Shown in pieces: positions 34,189 through 43,313 of a stretch of DNA of 64,000 nucleotides; the stretch's first letter is position 1, and the number at the start of each line of letters is the position of its first letter. Source of the stretch: a virus. Its lineage: Duplodnaviria; Caudoviricetes. The notes beneath the pieces are model-generated. The model ran no database searches. It was given only the letters and a program-made list of their open reading frames with translations, and was not told the DNA's origin. The translations under genes and the position numbers were made by a program. The DNA lies in the IMG/VR virus record IMGVR_UViG_3300012344_000017, positions 41,851-105,850 of that record. One strand, 5' to 3'.

Positions 34189-36336
34189 ATTAAATCATAT
34201 CCTTTTTGATATCGTTATTGATTAACTAACGATATGATTATTAACTATGACGTATTCTTTGGCCACGTCTTTGCCGTTGTTATTGATTAAGCAACGCTGA
34301 TACGTAGATACTCGATGCTTGGTATTGTTTTCACAAAGACAGTTCTACTATTGTAGACGCTTTAATACAGACTTAGTTACACTCTTCCTATCCCAACAAT
34401 TGGAGGATAGGCTTGTAACGGGAACTACATACGTATGATGTAGTTAGCATTTACTGGATTCATCCAGGCCCATCGTCTAAAGCTTTGAATGCTGTCTTGA
34501 CATAATCAAATGTCATATGTATGTTTGTTTTGCAGTACTTCTGCTTATAGATTTTTCTAACTATAATATCCCTAACCTCGTTGGCAGAATTTCCTTTCGG
34601 ACTAGTGTTCGTAGAAATTAGAGAATATAAACCAACAAAAAGAGATGTAGTATTTTCGGTCGTATTTCCCTTACTATACAACGAATATAAACTACAGGTT
34701 GTCGATTAAACGCAGATTTCCTCAGCTAATAAGTTTTAAAAGCGCCTAACTTATCGAAATGACTCCTCTCTGCGGTACTCGGCTTTTGACATGTACCCAG
34801 TGGTTGGTTATCGGAATGTCTCAGGATCAAACCCTTCTCAGACTTTACGGCTTTTTACATCTTTGCTGATGTTTGTAATTTTATTGTACCGGTATTACTA
34901 CCTCCTATTTATAGTGCACGAATATTAGGAATTCAACCCATACATTTCATCTTGTCACCCACTTATAAACGTAATATATATGTATAGAGACAGTATACAC
35001 ATATAATATACACAGTCGTTTTTACAACATTGAATATAAGCTGCCCATCAATTTCTTGTATTGCTTTGAACCTTTGTGTTTACATATACTGTTGCGCAGT
35101 ATATTTTAGCATGGTTTAGCATATCGGTTGGCACTCGAACTTTCCAGGAGGGGCCTTCAATACAACAGAAGCGTAGTTCCCATCTGGAGGACATCAATTT
35201 TTATTAAACATGTTTGTTTTGGATACTACTAAATTTCCATAATTTATATCTCTATGTATATACTATATGCATACATAATATGCCAGTTTACTACCCTGTA
35301 GAGACTATGTAATATTATATAATAACATACAAATAAACTATTAGTTTAGTTTCTCTCTGGATCAAGTGGAGGTCAAATGGCTCTGGATGAGCATATCTCG
35401 AATCGACTTAAACCTAATTCTTTTACCATTTCTTATTCTAGGATAGTTCTCCATCAATTTTCTTTGGCTATAACGAAGCCATCGATCATAACCTCGTAAG
35501 TTATTTAGTTCTTACGGGATACATACTTTTCATCATCGCTTACCATGATTATTATATGTTGAAATAGACTTTCACCGCGGTCTTCATCCGCGTACGATAC
35601 TTCTAATAAAGCTTCGATTAAGGGGTTGCCCTACCCTTGCGCTTGTTTTACTTTTATATACCGCATAAATAAGCAAAGCCTGGCGGTCACAATCAGACAC
35701 TTCTACCCCATCCCTGGCACCCCTTCAACGGAGTTGTACTGAATCGAACAGTAAGGTTTTGGTATAGTCAGCAAACTCATTTAGTTTACTCTGTGTGGTA
35801 TTATCCCCACAGTATAGATGCATTACTTCGGCCCTTGTATTACCCTTGGACAGGTAAAAGCACTACCTACAGCTATTGATACTACTATTCGCTTTGGAGT
35901 CCTCGGTTCTTCCAGTATCATGCACCATACCATGTATGCAATTCTGTTCACCTACTGGGGACGCAAATAGTTGTTTCTCGTGTAACGTTCGTGTATATTT
36001 AGTATCATCACATACAATTCCGATACGGTTCATTATGCCCTTCTTGGGACTTATGCGTTTTTGAACTTTATAACTTCACCCTGCTTATCTCCAATACGGT
36101 TCTCATAAGTCCAGTTATATATTCCTAGGAGTTGATACAACGCTTCTCCTACTTGTAGCAAACTTTTCAATGCTTGATACATTTCATCCTACCTTTTGAG
36201 TAATCTTGCTCTGCAAGACAGAGTTAACATATTCTCGGATCAAGTTCTTTTCGTACACAGGCTAATGAGACCTGCTATATGTACTTAGCTGAGTTAAGTA
36301 TGGTAGGTTCTTATGTTTACTACCATACCTCAGAGG
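34189..36336 (-). ncRNA. Candidate large structured non-coding RNA region (about 2.1 kb)
   Basis: No credible ORF; many short hairpins; T-loop TACTG-TTCGATT-CAGTA (35737-35753); recurrent GAACCG, AAATTGATG and GTATC words. Strand inferred from flanking genes. Confidence 0.5.
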
Positions 36337-36693
36337 TTATTCACTTACTTTGTGCACATTGTAAGCGTAATCTACACTGTCTCCCTCAACAGGTGTAGCA
36401 ATGTAAAGAAGTGGTAAAGACGAGATACCATTCTTCTCTACAATTTTAGTTTTAATTACAGTCTTTACAGTCTGCGATTGATGGTTACAAGGTACAGGTA
36501 CTGTGTCATGTACTGTATCAGGATTAGCTCTATTCATATTATTGTTGAGTATTGAACTCAACGGTAGTTGCGGAACGGTAGATGCTGCTACCGTTTGCAG
36601 ATTCGTTGGAGGCATATAACCTGCCATGTTAGCTATATTGGAACCAACAATGACAAACGCTATCGCCAACAATGATGTAACTAAATTTTTCAT
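36337..36693 (-). CDS. Secreted or membrane-anchored hypothetical protein
   Basis: MKNLVTSLLAIAFVIVG signal-like N-terminus. Confidence 0.7.
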   Translation of the reverse strand: MKNLVTSLLAIAFVIVGSNIANMAGYMPPTNLQTVAASTVPQLPLSSILNNNMNRANPDTVHDTVPVPCNHQSQTVKTVIKTKIVEKNGISSLPLLYIATPVEGDSVDYAYNVHKVSE

Positions 36694-36796
36694 ACTTTGA
36701 TAGTTATTACTTAGTTTTGTTCACTTTGCCACTTGATATCAAGTACTTTTTTTACTCGACCAACTAGTCGTGAACCAGCTTTCTTAATTGGTCGAA

Positions 36797-38332
36797 TTAT
36801 TTTTTTTCGACCTTAGACTTAGCCTTGCCCTTAGCAGCTTTCTTGGCATCCTCCTTAGCCTTCTTCTCGGCAGCCTTCTTAGCCTCCTCAGCAGCGGCAT
36901 CGTTCTCAGCCTTGATCTCCTCATCAGTCTTGAACTCAAGATCAATGATGTTGCTCTTAGCAACTCCGGCGATAGGGTCTGAAGGATTACGGAAAAGATT
37001 AGAGATTACACCAGCATACTGAGTACAGTTAGCAAGCATAGAATCAATCTTAACCTTAGCCATCATTTCAGGTGTTACGTCGTTATAGAATGCGCGTTTG
37101 ATAGAGATGACAGTCTTCTTAGCGAAATTATCACCAGCCTTGAACTTTTCGCTCAAGTTAGAAACAAAGTCAGAAGGAGCATTGGAAATGCAAGCGAGTA
37201 CACGCTCAGCATACTTAATGTTCTTCTCACCAGTCTCAATGTGAGGCTTAACGCGATCTTTCTCAGGAAGCTTATTTTCCTCATCAATGAGCATCTTACC
37301 CTTAGCGTATACCTCATCAGCAGCGATTGACACGATGCACTTAATTACATCAGCAATCTCATCTTCAGAATACTTGCACTTACCGGTCTTCTTATCTGTA
37401 CTATGTGCATAAAGCTCACAGAATGCAGATACTGGAGATCCGGACGCAGCGGTAACGTTGAATAAGTGAGCGCCAAGACCGTACACAAGTGTGCCGGTAC
37501 GACCTGTAAGGCTAACAATCTTGCGAAAGGTTTCAGCCTTAGTCATATTCTTAATAGACTCAAGTTCGGCTTTTGCGTTATCCAAAGCTTGTTCGGCCTT
37601 AGCCTTGTATTCCTTATCACTAGTATTCTTCAGGGTTTCTTCTGCAGCATCAATCTTACGATTAGCTGAGACCTGAGCCCATGCACTATAGAAAGAAATA
37701 CACTTACTAACGCTATCCATCAGCTTAGAATCATTGTTAAGAGCTAAGAAGCTAGAAAGAGCTGTCTTCAATTCCTCCTCGTCCTTGATCTTTGTAGGAT
37801 CATAGATTTTGCCAGCTGTTTTATTCAACGTCTCAGCATCCTTTGTGAGACTATCCTTCGTCTCTTCGGATACCTCAACTGCGGTTGCAGGTACAGACAC
37901 GGCCTCGTCACCATTTTCAGCAGGAGATGCTGTAAGAAGCTTAGTTTCGTCAAGAGTAATACCAAGCTCTGTACAAGCTTCCTTGAATTCTGGAAGTGCA
38001 GCCTTACGCAGTGTAATAGCGAAGTCGCTATTACCAGAATTAATCTCATTAGCGTAGACTGTAACCATACCGAGGAAGTTAATATGATTCATTTTGTCAA
38101 CACTCTCAGGAGAGAGTCCTGTATGTTCAGCTGCGTTAGGATCAAGGAAACAGCGCTCGTGAACCATCTTCAAGAGATCTACTTGATGATTACGATCCAT
38201 TGAGCTTTTACCCAATGTTGTGCTCATCATTGCATCTAGAGCAGACTGGTTTGCATTTACCTGAACCTGCATATTCTCTTGATTATTTACCTGTGCAGGC
38301 TTAACCTGCGCATTTTTATTCTTTTTAGCCAT
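36797..38332 (-). CDS. Hypothetical protein, 511 aa, with basic tail
   Basis: Long ORF with strongly biased codons. Confidence 0.82.
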   Translation of the reverse strand: MAKKNKNAQVKPAQVNNQENMQVQVNANQSALDAMMSTTLGKSSMDRNHQVDLLKMVHERCFLDPNAAEHTGLSPESVDKMNHINFLGMVTVYANEINSGNSDFAITLRKAALPEFKEACTELGITLDETKLLTASPAENGDEAVSVPATAVEVSEETKDSLTKDAETLNKTAGKIYDPTKIKDEEELKTALSSFLALNNDSKLMDSVSKCISFYSAWAQVSANRKIDAAEETLKNTSDKEYKAKAEQALDNAKAELESIKNMTKAETFRKIVSLTGRTGTLVYGLGAHLFNVTAASGSPVSAFCELYAHSTDKKTGKCKYSEDEIADVIKCIVSIAADEVYAKGKMLIDEENKLPEKDRVKPHIETGEKNIKYAERVLACISNAPSDFVSNLSEKFKAGDNFAKKTVISIKRAFYNDVTPEMMAKVKIDSMLANCTQYAGVISNLFRNPSDPIAGVAKSNIIDLEFKTDEEIKAENDAAAEEAKKAAEKKAKEDAKKAAKGKAKSKVEKK

Positions 38333-38410
38333 TTTGATAATGTTTTAAATTGTTTGTTACTTGTGGATTACCCACGTTAATAAATACTTTCTTGGACAAC
38401 TAAAATAAGT

Positions 38411-38809
38411 TCAACTTGTGTCGAACATAAAATTCGTTTTTAATCCTTCAAGTTGTGGTGGCTGCGTGAGCACAGATATATGCTCATCTTCACCAAAGTT
38501 AATACTAGCGGTAGTATCTACAGCTACTGAATCCTTACCTGCTGGTTTTGTCTCAACAGATGTACCAGCGCCCTCTGAGGGTTCCAAAGCCTGAAATGAG
38601 CACGTTGGTGCCAGCATGGGAGCAGGAGTAGAATCAATAACGCTAGATTCACTTTTATGGTCAGCAAAGGCAGAGCTGACCATTTTGCAACCAGTAAAAC
38701 CTCCAAGAAGGCTTACAAGAAGGATCCAGAATAGCTTATTGCTCTTATTGTATCGGGCAAAACCCAATGCGCAAGCAATACATCCGAAGATCATTAAAAG
38801 TGAAGTCAT
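38411..38809 (-). CDS. Membrane protein with two N-terminal hydrophobic segments
   Basis: 132-aa ORF. Confidence 0.7.
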   Translation of the reverse strand: MTSLLMIFGCIACALGFARYNKSNKLFWILLVSLLGGFTGCKMVSSAFADHKSESSVIDSTPAPMLAPTCSFQALEPSEGAGTSVETKPAGKDSVAVDTTASINFGEDEHISVLTQPPQLEGLKTNFMFDTS

Positions 38810-38811
38810 TG

Positions 38812-39369
38812 TTAAACGTTTAAATTATTTTTAATTTTCCTACGAGTGCGACTTAACGCAGCTTTTATAGTGCCAGTAGGAGTTTTTAGCACTTTACTAA
38901 TCTCATCAACTGTTAGATCTTCTACATAAAACAAATTAAAGATTTTCTGTGTCTTCTTTGGGAGCTTTTTAAACTCCTTTAAAAGAGATTCGTACTCAAG
39001 AAGATTGACAAGATCTCCTTCTTCTGAAGAATTAGTTAATTCCTCTGGTAGTCGGCCAGTGTTATCTCCTAATTCCATAGACCTTTCTTTTATTTTGCGT
39101 AGATAATCTATAGCTGTTCGATTAGCTATAATTCTCAGCCATCCGCCAAAAGACGAATAATCTGTGAATGTCGAGAGTTTCTGATGAACCTTTAGAAATA
39201 CTACATTAGTAAGATCTTTGGCTTCATCCATGTCGTTCACGTAACTAAAGAGCACGTTGTCAACGAACTCTTTGTAACGGTTAAACAGTTTGTTAAACGC
39301 AAGTTCATTTCCCTTTTGCGCTTCTTTTATGGTCTCAATCTCAGATTGGGTGATACGTTGATACTCCAT
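38812..39369 (-). CDS. ECF-type sigma-70 factor
   Basis: Region 2 AKDLTNVVFLKV..FGGWLRIIANRTAIDYLRK; region 4 LTVDEISKVLKTPTGTIKAALSRTR. Confidence 0.92.
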   Translation of the reverse strand: MEYQRITQSEIETIKEAQKGNELAFNKLFNRYKEFVDNVLFSYVNDMDEAKDLTNVVFLKVHQKLSTFTDYSSFGGWLRIIANRTAIDYLRKIKERSMELGDNTGRLPEELTNSSEEGDLVNLLEYESLLKEFKKLPKKTQKIFNLFYVEDLTVDEISKVLKTPTGTIKAALSRTRRKIKNNLNV

Positions 39370-39412
39370 AATTGGAGCGTAGGGGAGATTCCTCTCGCCC
39401 TACGCCTTGTCT

Positions 39413-39817
39413 CTAGAATGGCAAATCGTATGCGAACTTTTGCTGAAACACACTTTGTACATTATGTACAAAGTTATATTGGAGTTGGATTTTTAAATTA
39501 TCCCCGCCTGTTTTGAGGTCTGTTTTATTTAAGACACCCGTTGCTATACGTAGGCGAACTCCAACTGTTCTCATTTCAAGAGGTTCGAGGACGATTCTGT
39601 TCATAATCCATTTTCCGATTTCTCTTAACTTTGGATTTAAACATACTTCATCTAAACACTTGTCATCTAGGTAATCGCCATGACAAAAGATGTGAGGTTC
39701 GTTCCAGATTTCCAAATCGGAATTCTTTAACTTGTTTATAACCTCCTCAATTGTATCGGCGGAATCGTGACAGGATAATTTTAACCTGTTTCTTAGTATT
39801 AAAGGGAAATACTCCAT
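39413..39817 (-). CDS. Hypothetical protein ending DLPF (TAG stop)
   Basis: 134-aa ORF followed by a GC-rich hairpin at 39377-39405. Confidence 0.72.
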   Translation of the reverse strand: MEYFPLILRNRLKLSCHDSADTIEEVINKLKNSDLEIWNEPHIFCHGDYLDDKCLDEVCLNPKLREIGKWIMNRIVLEPLEMRTVGVRLRIATGVLNKTDLKTGGDNLKIQLQYNFVHNVQSVFQQKFAYDLPF

Positions 39818-39823
39818 TGTTTG

Positions 39824-40321
39824 TTATTTTTGGTTGAACGTTCTTTCGATGTACTTTATAAAGCCATCCAAATATTCGTCAACGTCTACATGATTACGAA
39901 TGTAATTCTTACAATTCTCATCAAAGACGCCAGAGACTTGATAAATACATTCTATGTACTTATAGTGCTTCTGAAACCATTGCACCCAAGTTTGTACCCA
40001 TTTCCAAAAAGATAGTTCTCCTTGTTCAAACTTAGGATTAATGCTTTCCATATTTATAGAATAAGCAAAATTAAATTCTTGCTTACCTTTATGTATACCA
40101 AGAGCCTTCCTTACTGATGAATTTTTTTCATCTTTTGTAATATATATCGCCACATTCTCTTTGTATACTCTATCTATCCATCGTTCCTTAACTTTGTACG
40201 AAACACGATCTTTTGGATCGAGCTGGAGGTTTACTAATCTTCCAAATTCAGTACACCATTTAAGTGCGAGGTTGACGACATAAGGACATCTGTCCCGGAT
40301 CATCGCTTTATAACCCTTCAT
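39824..40321 (-). CDS. Hypothetical protein
   Basis: 165-aa ORF. Confidence 0.72.
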   Translation of the reverse strand: MKGYKAMIRDRCPYVVNLALKWCTEFGRLVNLQLDPKDRVSYKVKERWIDRVYKENVAIYITKDEKNSSVRKALGIHKGKQEFNFAYSINMESINPKFEQGELSFWKWVQTWVQWFQKHYKYIECIYQVSGVFDENCKNYIRNHVDVDEYLDGFIKYIERTFNQK

Positions 40322-40328
40322 AACTAAT

Positions 40329-40397
40329 TGGAGAAGAGCAAGGAATCGAACCTTGCGAATCTAGCAAAGCTAGTATATACCAGATCTTCTCTCTCCA
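40329..40397 (-). ncRNA. tRNA-like element without a functional anticodon loop, directly 3' of the tmRNA coding piece
   Basis: GAGAAGA...CTAGC-TTT-GCTAG..GCAAGG-TTCGATT-CCTTGC-TCTTCTC-CA. Confidence 0.6.
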
Positions 40398-40690
40398 CTT
40401 AGGTAGGAAACACCTAGACTATACTTACGCTACGCAAGTATAGTCTACAATGTTGTTTACATTGTCGTTTGTATTTAGTATAGTGCTTAATGTATTTACT
40501 TCCTCTGTCTGTCAAAAGCCAAAACACGCCCGTATAGGTAGTTTTACAACATGCCCAGGTTGCCCAAACGGAGTCTAAACGTAGAAGAGATACCTCTAAT
40601 AGACTTATCGTAGGGGGAAGAAGAACGTGGACGTGAGGGGAATCGAACCCCTGTCCAAACAGATTAACTCATACACACTTTACTTTCTTT
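40398..40690 (-). ncRNA. ssrA: Circularly permuted (two-piece) tmRNA: acceptor piece about 40690-40628, intervening segment 40627-40532, coding piece 40531 to about 40400
   Basis: T-arm AGGGG-TTCGATT-CCCCT plus CACGTCC-A precedes the 5' strand GGGCGTG (G3-U70 wobble, A73); D-loop TTTTGGCTTTTGAC; helix CAGACAGA/TCTGTTTG; tag frame DNVNNIVDYTCVA-TAA with the stop in a hairpin. Outer boundaries approximate. Confidence 0.85.
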
Positions 40691-40742
40691 GTAAATGTTC
40701 TAATGATCAGTTAGAACATTTGATTTAAGCCATATAGGAGTC

Positions 40743-40808
40743 GTTCTAAGACACTTTTGACAGCATCATGGGTAATTACTCCACTTATCTCCTAGAATGT
40801 CTTAGAAC
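40743..40808. other. Long-loop inverted repeat containing TGGGTAATT
   Basis: CGTTCTAAGACA...TGTCTTAGAACG arms (12 bp). Confidence 0.55.
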
Positions 40809-40842
40809 GCATTTAAACATGACTAGAAATATATATAGTGAC

Positions 40843-41146
40843 CCTCATGATACGAAGATACTTAGAGGACTATATTCAGCATTTTTGATATTCCATGCAG
40901 GGTTCGCTAGTTGATGTTATCTCAAGTAAGTGCTCCCCGATACAAAGATACACACACGGTCTATTGTTTGATCTACTGGCTCCAATTATGCATGTGGAGT
41001 TCATGTCATTCTTTCCCTATCTTGATACGAAGATACTACGATAGGAATGTTAGCTCATTCTTTTACCCATTGAGTGTCCTGATCGCCCACTGGCATCTGC
41101 GCTGTAGTCTATTAGGGTTATGGGCGTGATACGAAGATACTTGCCC
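40843..41146. repeat. Four spaced copies of (T)GATACRAAGATAC(T), three clearly in hairpin loops
   Basis: Copies at 40848, 40939, 41023 and 41127; flanking stems CCTC/GAGG, CCTATC/GATAGG, GGGC/GCCC. Confidence 0.8.
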
Positions 41147-41157
41147 TGGAAAGAATA

Positions 41158-41649
41158 CTAGTCGCGAAAGTTGTAACGCTCATAGTACCAGTAACCTGGA
41201 TACTTTGACTGGAGTTCGTTAATATGCTTATCGAACTCAAGGTTGAGATCGTTCATCTGCTTACGCTGATCGTCATCGATCTTCTTAGAAAGATCCTTGA
41301 ACTCGTTAGGTGTAATTCGCTGGTCATCAGCGACTGTGGTACCGTCGTCGTTCTTACCAACGAGTCGAGCTAAGAGCTCCTGGCGCTTCTTCAGAATATC
41401 GAGAGTAATCTTGGACTTCGCACGGTCCTTACGGACATTGAGCAACTCACGAATACGAAGATAATCAGCGCACTTGATAACTGCCTTGAGCTCTTCAATC
41501 TTGCGTTTCTCTTCGTCCTGCTTGATTGACTCTGCAGCCTTATCTGCTACATCTGTAACAAGGTTGCCCTTCTTCAACTGCTCTACAACGTTATCAATAG
41601 TTGTGCCGTTCTGCTGCTGTGTAGCAGCCTTTTCATCTTTCTTTGCCAT
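41158..41649 (-). CDS. Hypothetical coiled-coil protein (TAG stop)
   Basis: 163-aa ORF. Confidence 0.78.
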   Translation of the reverse strand: MAKKDEKAATQQQNGTTIDNVVEQLKKGNLVTDVADKAAESIKQDEEKRKIEELKAVIKCADYLRIRELLNVRKDRAKSKITLDILKKRQELLARLVGKNDDGTTVADDQRITPNEFKDLSKKIDDDQRKQMNDLNLEFDKHINELQSKYPGYWYYERYNFRD

Positions 41650-41690
41650 AAATTTAATTGATTTAAATTGTTTATAAATGTTAATTAACT

Positions 41691-41912
41691 CTATTTGTCT
41701 TTTTCTTCAACGATTTCGCCAATACTCCACTCTGGGTTTTGTACTAACTTTTCACCGCTGTTATCAATTTCACTGTCTATTGGCACCAAGTGCGCGCAAT
41801 TTGCCATTTGGATTAAAGCAAATCTTGCGTGTCTGGCCTGTTTTTCTGTAACGTATTTAGCGTCACAGATTTTCTTTTTACCATTAGACCTCGTTATCGG
41901 GATCACGAACAT
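41691..41912 (-). CDS. Hypothetical protein (TAG stop)
   Basis: 73-aa ORF. Confidence 0.65.
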   Translation of the reverse strand: MFVIPITRSNGKKKICDAKYVTEKQARHARFALIQMANCAHLVPIDSEIDNSGEKLVQNPEWSIGEIVEEKDK

Positions 41913-42013
41913 AATCCAATGGATTTAAATGGTTACTAAACTTGTCACGCTTATAGGCCTTTTGTTTGGCTTCTGCATGACGTGGACGATACACTTTTTT
42001 TGTTCGTACAGTT

Positions 42014-42442
42014 CTACACATCTTTTAAGTTCTGGTTAATTTGTTTGAACACTAAAATGTCCTCGTTTGTAAGTCCATATTGTGTACGCATCTTAGTGCT
42101 TACACCTTTTGCCAAAGTCTTAATTGCCTGAATTAAAGCCTCATCATGTGGATGATTAATCACATCCTCACTAACGGCTAATGTAAGCTTAAGACTCTGA
42201 CCAAAGAACTTACCAAATCTACGCTGAACATAGATGCAAGAACTTTCAACTATGGATAATTCTACTGGCGATTGGGCGGTAGCATTCTTTACAAGAATAG
42301 AGCATACTTCGGATTCATCCATGCAAATGCCACGTACCTGCCCTGTTGCAATACCACTAGTTTGTAGAACGTCGCCAAGTGTAGAAATTGTACCAACTGT
42401 TATATTGGCTCCATCGTACGATAATAAAATATACCTCTTCAT
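42014..42442 (-). CDS. Hypothetical protein (TAG stop)
   Basis: 142-aa ORF. Confidence 0.72.
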   Translation of the reverse strand: MKRYILLSYDGANITVGTISTLGDVLQTSGIATGQVRGICMDESEVCSILVKNATAQSPVELSIVESSCIYVQRRFGKFFGQSLKLTLAVSEDVINHPHDEALIQAIKTLAKGVSTKMRTQYGLTNEDILVFKQINQNLKDV

Positions 42443-42444
42443 AG

Positions 42445-42951
42445 TTAATCCTCTGCAGAATGAGTTATTGTAATTTTAGAATCAGGAGACTCAGATTCTA
42501 GAATCTGAACCTTCTTTCCATCAATAATTGTATCTACCACCTTTGTGTTTGGTATATCCGGCGGAGTCATAACCTGATACATATCGGGCTTGTCTGGCAG
42601 ATTGAGGTAGACACGTTTATTGTTCATAAACTCATTAGCAATTCCCATCTTCGTTACAGGGTCTCCATTTTTTTGGAGTACCGATACGATGTTCGGCATT
42701 ACTTTCTCAGGAATAGAGAAAAAAACAGAATCCTGTTTGCGATACTGATTCTCGCTACGCTGATACTCAATAACGTCTTTAACCCCGACAAACTCAGGAT
42801 TATCAATAGCGGTCATCATTTTAACGACCATAGCAGAGTCTGCTTCAAGAATTTCTTTCTTGAAGTTCTCCTTAGCATCACATGACCCAAAGGTCAATAA
42901 TGCGATAAGCGCAATAAGGGATGCACTCATAACCGTAAATAATCTCTTCAT
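42445..42951 (-). CDS. Putative lipoprotein
   Basis: Signal peptide ending LLTFGSC followed by D. Confidence 0.7.
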   Translation of the reverse strand: MKRLFTVMSASLIALIALLTFGSCDAKENFKKEILEADSAMVVKMMTAIDNPEFVGVKDVIEYQRSENQYRKQDSVFFSIPEKVMPNIVSVLQKNGDPVTKMGIANEFMNNKRVYLNLPDKPDMYQVMTPPDIPNTKVVDTIIDGKKVQILESESPDSKITITHSAED

Positions 42952-43023
42952 TTTGATAATGTTTTTAGAGATTTGACAATTTAGTTAATTATCCGGGATT
43001 TATAGATACACGGAATCATCTAT

Positions 43024-43089
43024 TGTGATCTTACGTGGACTTGCACCACTTTAGTAGGCGTTTAACCTAATAAATCTTGGGGATGTCAC
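43024..43089 (-). ncRNA. Degenerate tRNA-like element
   Basis: GTGA(C)ATC...TAGG-TTAAACG-CCTA...GTGG-TGCAAGT-CCAC...GATCAC-A. Confidence 0.4.
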
Positions 43090-43115
43090 TAGGACACCCC
43101 CTTGAAATGCAACTG

Positions 43116-43313
43116 CTAATTATCCAACAAATCTTGCCACACTGCCCAGAAGAATACGCATCCTACTAGCAGTGCTAAAATTAACCATATTAAGATAAAC
43201 CCAAAAGCGAATATACTAATATTCTCTATTCCTTTTTGAATAATCTCAAACAATGGTTCTGCTGATAGTATGATTACAACCATACTAATCACTAAGTTCG
43301 TCAGCTTCTTCAT
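43116..43313 (-). CDS. Small two-TM membrane protein (TAG stop)
   Basis: Hydrophobic ORF; likely start MKKLTNLV. Confidence 0.6.
   Translation of the reverse strand: MKKLTNLVISMVVIILSAEPLFEIIQKGIENISIFAFGFILIWLILALLVGCVFFWAVWQDLLDN

Noticed and set aside
34460-36064. ORFs 34460-34681 (-) and 35876-36064 (+)
   Set aside because: TTG starts, short, no recognisable features or translational coupling.
40843-41146. CRISPR mini-array
   Set aside because: The repeat is only 13-15 nt, spacers are 70-90 nt and uneven, the repeat is not itself palindromic, and no cas genes are present.
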